From: a virus
Taxonomy: Duplodnaviria; Caudoviricetes
DNA: 56,476 bases
IMG/VR virus record: IMGVR_UViG_3300028802_000186
Location: 1 to 56,476 of that record
Reading direction: 5' to 3' (one strand)
In this document: positions 9,022 through 17,682 of the stretch, piece after piece
How the letters are laid out: the number at the start of each line of letters is the position of its first letter
Position numbering within the stretch: position 1 is the first letter of the stretch
The notes under the pieces: generated by a model
Seen by the model: only the letters and a program-made list of their open reading frames with translations
Told to the model about the DNA's origin: nothing
The model's database searches: none
Made by a program: the position numbers and the translations under genes

Positions 9022-9203
9022 GCTACGACCCCTCGGCCGAACCTGTCGACTGGAGCGCTTACCGCGCCTGTTCGACGTGCCTCGCCAAGATGGGTAAGCC
9101 GTGCTTCTCCCGGAGCGGCAGGATCGTAGGCGGGCAGCCGGACGGGATACGGACCGCGCTCCCCGCCCCGCACGGGGGCCGCAAGCTGCGCGTGAAGCGA
9201 TAG
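9018..9203 (+). CDS. Small zinc-finger hypothetical protein
   Basis: CSTC.A..GKPC...H..R motif; ATGA overlap. Confidence 0.65.
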   Translation: MSYDPSAEPVDWSAYRACSTCLAKMGKPCFSRSGRIVGGQPDGIRTALPAPHGGRKLRVKR

Positions 9204-9228
9204 CCTGTCCCGGTCACCCTCCCTGACG

Positions 9229-9267
9229 CAGAGCGGCCCCCTACCGGTTCGGTGGGGGGCCGCTCTG
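9229..9267. terminator. Bidirectional terminator hairpin
   Basis: CAGAGCGGCCCCCTACCG / CGGTGGGGGGCCGCTCTG between convergent genes. Confidence 0.8.
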
Positions 9268-9278
9268 TCTGTCGCGGG

Positions 9279-10289
9279 TCAGGCCGCGTCTACCGCGTCG
9301 TTTTCGATCTTGGCACCCGCCTGCCGGTCCCGCATCGGCGAATCCCTCGCCGCATCCTCAGCGGCCTTCCGGTTGATCACCAGCTTCGGCCACTGGTCCG
9401 GAGGCAACGGCAGGATGTTCGCCTTCGGCGGCGGGAACGGCTTCGCGCGGTACTCCGGCACCCCGTACCAGACGGTCTTCTGGTGGGTGGTCGACACGCC
9501 CGTGTGCACCAGGACAGGCAACCCCACCTGATGGGCGCGCAGGCAGAACGAGATGTCCTCCCCGCACATCTCGCCGTCCGGGCCCGGAATCCGCTCGAAC
9601 CAGATGTGCGGCGGCGCGCCCTGCTCAAGTAGCCAGGCGCTGATCTTCTCGTACACCGATCGGTGAGTCAGCAGGAAACCGGTGCCGGTCGCACCGACCC
9701 GGGTCACCTCGTCCGGCGCCCACTCCGGCCGGGACGCCAGCTTGTACGCGCCGGGCATCCCCGACTTCGGCTCCACCCACGACCAGTCGTACAGCGTCGG
9801 CGCCAGGCTGGACCGCAGCCCGCCCCGGAAGTCGTAGGTGTAGTCACCCTCGACGAAGCACAGGCCGCCGACGATCGGCGCGGTGTCCGGGTCAGCGACC
9901 GCGAGCAGCTTCTCCAGGGCGTCCTGCTCGGCGCCGATGTCCGAATCCCACCAGAGCAGCCACTCCGAGTCGCTGGCCAGGAAGGCGGCGGCGGCCGTGT
10001 TGCGGGCGTGGGCCAGCTCCATCGAGCGACCCCACACGGCGGCCAGTGCGCCGTTGTTCATCAGGCCCGAGTTGTGCAGCAGATGGTTGCCGTGCGCCTT
10101 GTCGTAGGCGGCCACCCGCAGCACCGACTCGACGAAGTTCCATCCCGCCTCGTTCAGGTGCGGCACCCCGATGCACACCTTCTCCCCGGCGCGGGGATCC
10201 AGGGCCCTGCCGAGGTGCTTCTGCGCCTCCCGGGCGATCCGCTCGGGGTCGCACTCAAAGCTGGGCTGGTCGGCGTCGTTCAACGTCAT
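9279..10289 (-). CDS. GT-A fold (GT2-like) glycosyltransferase
   Basis: ARN...WLLWWDSD (DxD), GATGTGFLLTHR, GEDISFCLRA motifs. Confidence 0.85.
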   Translation of the reverse strand: MTLNDADQPSFECDPERIAREAQKHLGRALDPRAGEKVCIGVPHLNEAGWNFVESVLRVAAYDKAHGNHLLHNSGLMNNGALAAVWGRSMELAHARNTAAAAFLASDSEWLLWWDSDIGAEQDALEKLLAVADPDTAPIVGGLCFVEGDYTYDFRGGLRSSLAPTLYDWSWVEPKSGMPGAYKLASRPEWAPDEVTRVGATGTGFLLTHRSVYEKISAWLLEQGAPPHIWFERIPGPDGEMCGEDISFCLRAHQVGLPVLVHTGVSTTHQKTVWYGVPEYRAKPFPPPKANILPLPPDQWPKLVINRKAAEDAARDSPMRDRQAGAKIENDAVDAA

Positions 10290-10393
10290 ACGGGCTCCTC
10301 CTCCAGGAATCAGCAGACTACCGCTATGATCCCCACCAGGTGTATCCGTGCTGCCACGGTCCGGCGGAGCGCTCGAAGTGAAGAGAGCACGCA

Positions 10394-12274
10394 GTGGCCA
10401 ACCTGCCTTTCCGGGTCCCGACTGCCGACGACGGCTCGTACGCCTTCGCCGGAATGTCGACCGATGACCTGACTTCGATTCGCTCGCAGGCGCGTGAAGC
10501 GGCTGCCCAGTACGCGGAGATGGACGTCTCCGACGTGTCGGCCGATGACATCGAGACGATGCGCGAGCTGACCACCATCGTTCAGGGTGTCGACGCCGAG
10601 CGGACCCGACGTAGCGGCGCGGCTGGCGCTTTCGCCGCCCTCACTGACAGCCTCGGCGACGAGGACGAGACCGACGCCGGAGCGGACTCCGACGGCGCGG
10701 GCGCCGAGGGGACCGGCACCCCGGAGACTCCCGCAGCGACCACCACGGCTGCGGCGGCCAAGCCGACCGCGCCGAGCGTCGCCGCTGTAGCCTCCCGGAC
10801 CACTCCCGCCGTCCCGGCCGAAACGGAGACGTCCCGAGTCCCGGCCGTCATCCTCGCCGGGGCCAACAACTCCGACTACCCGACCGGCGCGGAGCTGGAC
10901 TGGAATGCGGTCGGCGCGCTGGTCGAGAAGCGGTTCCTGCAGTACAACGCGGCATCCGGCATGGGCGGCCGTCGGCAGGACCCGATCGCGCAGTTCAAGC
11001 TGGAGTACCCGAAGGAGCTGACCGCGTCGGGTGGTCTCAACGACGACGCGACCGCGATCATCGACTACGCGGCCAGCGAGAAGCGCCTACCGGGCGGCTC
11101 CCTGCTCGCGTCGATCAACCTGGCTCGCAAGAAGATCGAGAGCCAGGGCGGCAACAGCCTGACGGCTGCGGGCGCCGGTTGGTGCGCCCCGTCGGAGGTC
11201 ATCTACGACCTGTGTGAGCTGGAGTCTTCGGACGGCCTGCTGGACATTCCGGAGATCAACGTCTCGCGGGGCGGCATCAAGTTCACGACCGGCCCGGACT
11301 TCAGCTCGATCTACTCGGGTGCCGGGTTCTTCCACTACACCGAGGCGCAGATCATCACCGGCGTGACCAAGCCGACGATGCCGGTGCCGTGCCCGTCGTT
11401 CACGGACGTCCGCCTCGAGGCTGACGGTCTGGCGATTCAGGCGGACCTGCTGCAGCTGCGCGGCTATCCGGAGCTGATCGCCCGGTTCGTGCGGGGGGCG
11501 ATGGTCGCCCACACGCACAAGATCAACCAGTTCATGATCAACGCCTTGGTGACCGGCTCGACCGCGCTCAGCCTTCCGAGCAACGTCGCCGCCCACACCC
11601 CCGGCCTGGGCACCACCTGGTACTCCGACCACTCGGTGGTCTCCACCCTGCTGGGCGCCCTCGACATGGCCATCCAGGACTACAAGTACCGCCAGCGGAT
11701 GCAGCTCTCCAGCACCCTGGAGATCGTGCTCCCGTACTGGGTGCAGTCGTGGATCCGCGCCGACATCACCCGCAAGGCGTTCTACGACGGCGACGGCGGC
11801 TCGGACCAGTACGCCATCACCATGCAGAAGATGGCGGAGTGGCTGGCCGTTCGCGGCGCCCGCGTGCAGTGGGTGTACGACTGGCAGGACGCTTTCTACT
11901 GGGCGGCCTACCCGACCGGCGCCCCGTCGCAGTGGCAGCAGTTCGGCACCGACCCGACCTCCAGCAACTTCGTGCAGGACTGGCCGCACACGCTCCAGAT
12001 CCTGATGTACGCGGCCGGTACGTGGGTGCGCGGCAACGCCGACATCATCACCCTCGACACCGTGTACGACTCGACGCTGCTGGCGCAGAACAAGACCACC
12101 CAGCTCTTCACCGAGCAGGGCATCCTCGCGGCCAAGACCTGCTTCGACAGCCGGGTCTACACCATCGGCACCGCGACCGGCGGCCTGATCCCGGACGGCG
12201 CGGCGGCGTACGCCCTGAACGCCCAGGCGGTCGCCTCCACCGGCACCTTCGCCACCTTCCCCACCAACCCGTGA
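10394..12274 (+). CDS. Major capsid protein (large, hexamer-type, with N-terminal scaffold-like region)
   Basis: GWCAPSEVIYDLC motif typical of cluster-B-like capsids; 626 aa; TATGAT -10-like at ~10325. Confidence 0.88.
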   Translation: MANLPFRVPTADDGSYAFAGMSTDDLTSIRSQAREAAAQYAEMDVSDVSADDIETMRELTTIVQGVDAERTRRSGAAGAFAALTDSLGDEDETDAGADSDGAGAEGTGTPETPAATTTAAAAKPTAPSVAAVASRTTPAVPAETETSRVPAVILAGANNSDYPTGAELDWNAVGALVEKRFLQYNAASGMGGRRQDPIAQFKLEYPKELTASGGLNDDATAIIDYAASEKRLPGGSLLASINLARKKIESQGGNSLTAAGAGWCAPSEVIYDLCELESSDGLLDIPEINVSRGGIKFTTGPDFSSIYSGAGFFHYTEAQIITGVTKPTMPVPCPSFTDVRLEADGLAIQADLLQLRGYPELIARFVRGAMVAHTHKINQFMINALVTGSTALSLPSNVAAHTPGLGTTWYSDHSVVSTLLGALDMAIQDYKYRQRMQLSSTLEIVLPYWVQSWIRADITRKAFYDGDGGSDQYAITMQKMAEWLAVRGARVQWVYDWQDAFYWAAYPTGAPSQWQQFGTDPTSSNFVQDWPHTLQILMYAAGTWVRGNADIITLDTVYDSTLLAQNKTTQLFTEQGILAAKTCFDSRVYTIGTATGGLIPDGAAAYALNAQAVASTGTFATFPTNP

Positions 12275-12277
12275 CAC

Positions 12278-12319
12278 TGATCCGCCGGGCTGACAGCGCT
12301 CCGTCAGCCCGGCGGATCA
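12278..12319 (+). terminator. Strong hairpin between the two capsid genes
   Basis: Perfect 17-bp inverted repeat TGATCCGCCGGGCTGAC. Confidence 0.75.
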
Positions 12320-12346
12320 CCCCACGACGGAAGGGAAGGAGCAGGC

Positions 12347-13279
12347 ATGGCCGCACTAACACCGATGACCGGGCCGGTCTTCGTACCGCAGCCCGCCGTC
12401 GGCAACATCCGGTACGGCCTCTTCTCGGCGGCCAACGGGCCGTTCCCGATGCCGCAGCACGGCGACGTGGGTGGCGTGCAGTACCTGGAGGAGCACTGCG
12501 GGCAGGCGCACCTGATCGCGGCGGCCTCCTGCTCCAGCCCGACCGTCACCCTCGCCACGCTCGACAGCTGCGACGGGACGGCCATCGGTCTGCCCTACCA
12601 GGTCGGCGCCACCCTCAAGGCGGGAGCGTTCCCGTACGACGCGGCCGATGTTGAGCGGCGGCTGCGAATCCGGCTCGGCGACAACGCGCAGTACGTTGCG
12701 GAGACGGCGTTCTGGGGCGGCAACGCGGACGTTCAGCCCGCCCTCCAGCGGGCCGAGCTGAACGGCGGCTCCGGCATCCTCGACCTCACCCCGACGCCGG
12801 GCACGGCCATCACGATCGAATACGGTGTCGGCCTGCTGGAGGACGCCCTGTCGGCGTACAGCTATCCGGGCATCATCCATGCGCGGCCGGTCGTGACCCC
12901 GTACCTCGTCGAGCGGCAGATGATGCCGCTCCCGCAGCGTGCGGCGAAGGGGTTGACCGGCGTGCAGTACACGCCGATGGGCAACGTCTGGTCGTTCGGG
13001 CGCGGCTACTCCGGCAACAAGCCGAACAACGACGCGACTGCGCCCGCCGCCGGTACCGCCTACCTGGTAGCCACCGGGGCGGTGACGATCTGGCGCGACG
13101 ACAACGTGTTCGTCACCCCGCCGGAGCGGGAGTTCGACCGGTCAGGCAACGCCTGGCAGGCGAACGCTCAGCAGGCGTATGCCACCACGGTCGACTGCGT
13201 GGCGTTCTTCGTGCTCGTCGAGTTGGATGCGATGACGCGGGGTACCGGTCCTGCGGCAATCGCAACGACGGTGTACTGA
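12347..13279 (+). CDS. Second capsid protein (pentamer-type)
   Basis: RYGLFSAA...AETAFW...TPMGNVW.FG.GY motifs; immediately follows major capsid. Confidence 0.72.
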   Translation: MAALTPMTGPVFVPQPAVGNIRYGLFSAANGPFPMPQHGDVGGVQYLEEHCGQAHLIAAASCSSPTVTLATLDSCDGTAIGLPYQVGATLKAGAFPYDAADVERRLRIRLGDNAQYVAETAFWGGNADVQPALQRAELNGGSGILDLTPTPGTAITIEYGVGLLEDALSAYSYPGIIHARPVVTPYLVERQMMPLPQRAAKGLTGVQYTPMGNVWSFGRGYSGNKPNNDATAPAAGTAYLVATGAVTIWRDDNVFVTPPEREFDRSGNAWQANAQQAYATTVDCVAFFVLVELDAMTRGTGPAAIATTVY

Positions 13280-13290
13280 GGAGCTGATCG

Positions 13291-13572
13291 ATGACTGGGA
13301 TCGTGATCGTCGACTTGCACGAGCCGCACCACGAGGTGGCGGGTCGCCTGCTGGAGCTGGCCGATGAGCTGGGCTACGGCGTCCGCAGCGTTGTGGCGCA
13401 GCGCGGGGAGCATGACGCTGCCCTGTCCTTCCGGGTGCCGCAGGATGTGGCCGACGCGTTCGACGCGGAACGCGCCGGGCGCTGGCCCGCTGACGGCGGC
13501 CTGGTGGACGATGATGGAGACCCGACCACGCCGCCGGTCCGCAAGTCGCGGCCGGTCAAGGCCAAGGAGTAA
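13291..13572 (+). CDS. Hypothetical virion-module protein
   Basis: 93 aa, RBS, operon context. Confidence 0.7.
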   Translation: MTGIVIVDLHEPHHEVAGRLLELADELGYGVRSVVAQRGEHDAALSFRVPQDVADAFDAERAGRWPADGGLVDDDGDPTTPPVRKSRPVKAKE

Positions 13573-13575
13573 CAG

Positions 13576-14268
13576 ATGACGGCCGTATGTCAGGCACCCA
13601 TCCAGGGAACCACCATGCGGGTCCAGACAGTCAACTCGTGCGGTACCCCGTCGACGGGTTCCTGCGTGTCGGCCGTCTCGACCGGCTTCGTTTCGGTGGA
13701 GATGCAGGATCAGGTCGAGTCGGGTCAGGAGATCGTCGTCCTGAATGCGGCTGGCGTGATGTGCGTCAACGAGAAGTCGCCGAAGCAGTTGAAGTGGATC
13801 GATGTCACGGTCACCTTCTGCAACGTCGACCCGGAGCTGTTCGGGCTGATCACCGGTTCCACGCTGGTGCTCAACGACGCGGCCTCCCCGGCAGCCGTGG
13901 GCTTCCAGACGCGGACGAGTAACTATGCGGCGGGGGCGTTCGGGCTGGAGGTGTGGACGAACATCGCTGCCGGGACGTGTGTCACGGTCGGCACGTTCTC
14001 GCTGGTGCCGTACGGGTATTTCCTGCTGCCCAACATCGTGGAGGGCACCGTCGGTGATCTCAAGATCGAAAACGGTGCTATCTCGTTCACGGTGAACGGG
14101 CGCACCAAGCAGGGCACCAACTGGGGCACCGGCCCCAAGAACGTGCTCGCCAACATGACCACCGCCGCGTCAGAGAAGCTGCTGATCGCCCTGCCCAACG
14201 ACACCCACCGGCACCTCCAGTGGACGTACCTGGCCCCGCCTGCCGCATCCTGCGGCTGCGCGAGCTGA
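13576..14268 (+). CDS. Major tail protein
   Basis: MRVQTVNSCG...NAAGVMCV...FCNVDPEL...FGLEVW pattern of cluster-B-like tail tubes. Confidence 0.82.
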   Translation: MTAVCQAPIQGTTMRVQTVNSCGTPSTGSCVSAVSTGFVSVEMQDQVESGQEIVVLNAAGVMCVNEKSPKQLKWIDVTVTFCNVDPELFGLITGSTLVLNDAASPAAVGFQTRTSNYAAGAFGLEVWTNIAAGTCVTVGTFSLVPYGYFLLPNIVEGTVGDLKIENGAISFTVNGRTKQGTNWGTGPKNVLANMTTAASEKLLIALPNDTHRHLQWTYLAPPAASCGCAS

Positions 14269-14274
14269 CTCGAT

Positions 14275-14339
14275 AGGGGCCGGGGCTTTCCCGGCCAAGC
14301 TGGCGCCGGTAACGAGCCGGACCGTCTGCCCCGGCCCCT
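14275..14339 (+). terminator. Hairpin after major tail gene
   Basis: AGGGGCCGGGGC / GCCCCGGCCCCT inverted repeat. Confidence 0.55.
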
Positions 14340-14362
14340 GTCGCCCATAAGGAGGAGACGAG

Positions 14363-14479
14363 ATGGGCAGGCTCACGGACGATCCTTCGGACCCCGGCCT
14401 GACGCGTGGCGCCGATCCGGAGGGCTCGCGCGTTCCGCAGGCTGCGGCGTATCTCGTCCTGTCGGAGGAGGAACGCTGA
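14363..14479 (+). pseudogene. Truncated 38-aa remnant of a small phage protein family
   Basis: AGGAGG RBS; LTDDPSDPGLTRGAD...PQAAAYLVLSEEER* resembles the recalled N-terminus of longer (~110 aa) proteins; stop overlaps next ATG. Confidence 0.45.
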
Positions 14480-15288
14480 TGACCAGCGCGACGCCGGACG
14501 GGTGGGCTGTCACGAACTTCCCGGCCTGCTCGACGTCCTGGACGGCCCTCACTCCGGACCAGCGTGAGCTTGCCCTGCGCCTTGCGGCGTTCACGGTGTA
14601 CTCGCTGACCGGTCGGCAGTTCGGGACCGTCACGCTCACGCTCAGGCCGTGCAACGCCCCCCTGCTGCCGCCGCTCTACCAGGTGTACCCGGTGAACCTG
14701 ATCAACCCGTGGGGCACCGACGAAGGAAACAGCTACTACCCGCTGTACATCCAGAACGGGGTATGGCACAACGCCGGGTGTGCGGGCATCAACTGCTGCG
14801 GCGCCACCTGCGAGGTGGAGCTGCCGAAAACCGTGTCCATCACCTCCGTGATCGTGGACGGCGCCACCGTGGACCCGAGCGCCTACCGGGTCGACAACGG
14901 GTTCCTGCTGGTCCGCACGGACGGCGCCTGCTGGCCGCAATGCCAGGACCTCGACAAGAACCTCGGCGTTGCGGACACCTGGTCCGTGACCGGCGTGTTC
15001 GGCCGCTCGGTGCCGCAGGAAGCCCTCGACGCTGCGAGCCTCCTGGCCTGCGAGATCGGCAAGTCGCTTGCCGGTCAGCCGTGCCGCCTGCCGCAGCGCA
15101 TGCAGTCACTGTCCCGGGCGGGCGTCTCCGTGCAGTTCCCGGCCGTGAACACCTACCTGGACCGGGGGCTGACCGGCCTCAACGAGGTTGATCAGATCGT
15201 GGTGCAGCTCAACCCGCACCGGCTGATCCAGTCGCCGAAGGTGTTCTCGATGGACCAGTCCCCCAGCCGTATCACCACCTGGCCATGA
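14479..15288 (+). CDS. Head-to-tail adaptor
   Basis: LTGRQFG...RPC...YRVDNG.LLVRTDG.CWP.CQD...CRLP.R..SLSRAGVS. Confidence 0.82.
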   Translation: MTSATPDGWAVTNFPACSTSWTALTPDQRELALRLAAFTVYSLTGRQFGTVTLTLRPCNAPLLPPLYQVYPVNLINPWGTDEGNSYYPLYIQNGVWHNAGCAGINCCGATCEVELPKTVSITSVIVDGATVDPSAYRVDNGFLLVRTDGACWPQCQDLDKNLGVADTWSVTGVFGRSVPQEALDAASLLACEIGKSLAGQPCRLPQRMQSLSRAGVSVQFPAVNTYLDRGLTGLNEVDQIVVQLNPHRLIQSPKVFSMDQSPSRITTWP

Positions 15289-15824
15289 CCGCCCCGACAG
15301 ATCCGATCGGCATGCCCGTCGCGCAGGAGCTGCTGGCCTGCTTCACGGAGCAGCTCAGCCAGCTGGCCGACCCTCCCAAGTACGTTCAGCTGCGCCTTGG
15401 CCAGGAGACCGGCCCGCTCGTCGGCCCGAACATCGACGAGTGCTGTTCGGGCCTGGCGTGGGTGCGCATCACCAGCATCTACCCGTCATGGGACAGCTTC
15501 CCCGGCCCCGACAACACGTGGCTGCCGTGCGGCCCCCTCGCCTACGCCGTGGTGCTGGAGATGGGTGTCGCGTTCTGCATGCCCTGGTCGGATTCCGGCG
15601 ACACGCTCGACAACATCGACCCGCCCAGCGCGGCGGACTGGTCGACGGCCGCCGCAACGCAGATGGTCCACCAGACGTTGATGCGCCGGACGGCCGCCTG
15701 CTGTTTCCGCCCGACGCAGCGCCGCGCGGTCGGCGAGTGGTCGCCGCTGCCGGTGGAGGGCGGCTGCACCGGCGGTAAACTGCTGGTCACCGTGTCGGTG
15801 CCCGCGCCGTGCGCGGACTGCTGA
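15285..15824 (+). CDS. Head-tail connector / tail terminator-like protein
   Basis: DECCSGLAWVR...EGGCTGG; position. Confidence 0.65.
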   Translation: MTAPTDPIGMPVAQELLACFTEQLSQLADPPKYVQLRLGQETGPLVGPNIDECCSGLAWVRITSIYPSWDSFPGPDNTWLPCGPLAYAVVLEMGVAFCMPWSDSGDTLDNIDPPSAADWSTAAATQMVHQTLMRRTAACCFRPTQRRAVGEWSPLPVEGGCTGGKLLVTVSVPAPCADC

Positions 15825-15834
15825 GGAGGATGTC

Positions 15835-16023
15835 ATGGGCAAGGTCGTGGTCGAGTCGCGCACGTTCGAGGTGCTGGTGAGCTTCAGCGGCCTGAACATC
15901 GGCGAACGGTTCACGCTGAACGCGGGCGATCCGTGGGCCGCGCAGCATGTGGGGACCGGCTATCTTCGGGACGTGACGGAGGAGGTTCCGGATGCCGGGC
16001 GGGGTGAAGTCGACCAGGGTTGA
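15835..16023 (+). CDS. Hypothetical protein
   Basis: GAGGAGG RBS; 62 aa. Confidence 0.6.
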   Translation: MGKVVVESRTFEVLVSFSGLNIGERFTLNAGDPWAAQHVGTGYLRDVTEEVPDAGRGEVDQG

Positions 16024-16444
16024 CCTGTTCCTGCCGGTCATCAAGGGGATCTTGCAGGACGATGTGGGCCGCGAGGTCGTGAAGACGACGCTCAAGGTGC
16101 TCAACCGGGCCCGGGTGATGACGCCCGTGCTCCACGGTAATCTGCGGGCGAGCCACCAGTTCAAGATCACAAACGGCGCCAACAAGATCACGGGTGAGGT
16201 GTTCACCAAGGTCAAGTACGCGCTCGCCGTGCACGAAGGCCGCCGCGCCCTCACCATCTACCCGAAGACCAAGAAGGCCCTCGCATTCGTCTGGCACGGC
16301 CAGCCGATGGTGCGCAAATGGGTCCACCAGCCCGCCCGACGGGGACGCCCGTGGCTGAGGGACTCCCTACGCGAAGTCGCGACCAGCGAGGGCTACAAGA
16401 TGCAATCCGGCGCGGCAGCAGACGCCAGCGGCGGAGATCTGTAG
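15992..16444 (+). CDS. HK97 gp10-like tail completion protein
   Basis: TPVLHGNLRAS...YALAVHEG...RPWLRDSL. Confidence 0.78.
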   Translation: MPGGVKSTRVDLFLPVIKGILQDDVGREVVKTTLKVLNRARVMTPVLHGNLRASHQFKITNGANKITGEVFTKVKYALAVHEGRRALTIYPKTKKALAFVWHGQPMVRKWVHQPARRGRPWLRDSLREVATSEGYKMQSGAAADASGGDL

Positions 16445-16456
16445 GAGGAGGAAGAC

Positions 16457-16657
16457 ATGAAGAATCTCAAGGTGAGATGGCTGGACGAGTCGTCGGATCT
16501 GGGCGGCGGCCCGCTGATCGCCTCCATGGTTATGGACTACAGGACGAGGATCAACCTCCTCGGCGCGACGCTGGTCTTTCAGGACCCGAAGGGGGAGGAA
16601 ACCATCTTGGTAATCCCCGAAGGCCGCCTGATCTCAGTTGTCGCGGTGATGCTGTGA
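16457..16657 (+). CDS. Hypothetical protein
   Basis: AGGAGG RBS; 66 aa. Confidence 0.6.
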   Translation: MKNLKVRWLDESSDLGGGPLIASMVMDYRTRINLLGATLVFQDPKGEETILVIPEGRLISVVAVML

Positions 16658-17019
16658 GCGAATTGACGGTGCTGGTTGAGCTGGGCGGCCGGAAGGTCGA
16701 GATGCGTAAGCCGACCGATGGGGCGCTGGTGGTTTTGGCCAGGGTTGCCCGTGGCCTGCCCACCGGCAAGATCGAAAACGATTCCGAGATCCCTCAGGAG
16801 ATGCGGGATCGTCTGGTCCGCAACCTCGGCACCCTCGGCAAGATCGTCGACGGCATGATCGTCAAGGACGACGACAAGGAATGGCTCGAAGACGCCATGA
16901 TCGACGGCGACGTCAAGGCCGAGGAGGTCTTCTCGTCGATCCGTATGGCGGGCGAGAAGTTCAACGGCACGACGACCGCCGCCAAGAAGGCAGCAGCGCC
17001 GGTCCGGCGGCGGCGATGA
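16654..17019 (+). CDS. Tail assembly chaperone (G-like)
   Basis: GTGA overlap; MRKPTDG...DKEWLEDAMIDG; position upstream of tape measure. Confidence 0.6.
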   Translation: MSELTVLVELGGRKVEMRKPTDGALVVLARVARGLPTGKIENDSEIPQEMRDRLVRNLGTLGKIVDGMIVKDDDKEWLEDAMIDGDVKAEEVFSSIRMAGEKFNGTTTAAKKAAAPVRRRR

Positions 17020-17186
17020 CCGGCCCGGAGCACTACGAGGCCGCCGAGGAGCTGCTAGAGAAGGCCAACGGGAAGGTCCCGCCAACTCAGGAGCAGCTTG
17101 TTGCGCGGGCCCAGGTGCACGCCATGTTGGCCCTGGCCGCCGCCGTGGCCTGGGCGACCTCCGAGAAGACGGGGCAAGCCTGGTGA
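17016..17186 (+). CDS. Hypothetical protein (MTGPEHY...AQVHA family)
   Basis: ATGA overlap; common small actinophage motif. Confidence 0.65.
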   Translation: MTGPEHYEAAEELLEKANGKVPPTQEQLVARAQVHAMLALAAAVAWATSEKTGQAW

Positions 17187-17452
17187 CTGCCGTCGTACAC
17201 ATCGCCGGGGTGCACGTGGTGATCGGCGGCCGGTACCTGCGTCAGCGCTGCGCCTGGTGCGGGGCCACCCTGCTCGACTACGACCTTGCCCGCATCGCCG
17301 TACCGGAGGGGCAGGATCCGACGCCGGGCACCTGGACGCACGGCGGCCTCGTGTTGATCGACGAGGGCTTGTCGGCGGCCGTGGAGCACGAGGACGGCGC
17401 GGAGCTGCCGGATGGCGCCTGCGCCAAGCTGGACCCGCAGGTGACGGTATGA
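17183..17452 (+). CDS. Hypothetical protein
   Basis: GTGA overlap; QRCAWCG motif. Confidence 0.65.
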   Translation: MTAVVHIAGVHVVIGGRYLRQRCAWCGATLLDYDLARIAVPEGQDPTPGTWTHGGLVLIDEGLSAAVEHEDGAELPDGACAKLDPQVTV

Positions 17453-17682
17453 CCGCCCCGACGGAGCAACCGATGCCGACACCCAATGGGCGGCCGTCGG
17501 TGCAGGGCATGGTGATCGACGACCTGGAGACCCGGCTGCGGGTCGGTATCCAGCGGTACGGCACTCCGTTGCAGGCGTTCAACGGCCGGGACGCGCTGCG
17601 GGACGCATACGAAGAGGCGCTCGACCTGGCGTGCTATCTGCGGCAGGCGATCGCCGAGCGCGACGCGGAGGTAGATGGCTGA
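17449..17682 (+). CDS. Small all-alpha NTP-pyrophosphatase (MazG-like) protein
   Basis: RYGTPL...NGRDALRDAYEEALDLACYL acidic helix motif. Confidence 0.5.
   Translation: MTAPTEQPMPTPNGRPSVQGMVIDDLETRLRVGIQRYGTPLQAFNGRDALRDAYEEALDLACYLRQAIAERDAEVDG

Noticed and set aside
16990-17030. Programmed G/GT tail-chaperone frameshift
   Set aside because: No slippery heptamer seen, and the T-like gene is 3 kb downstream.
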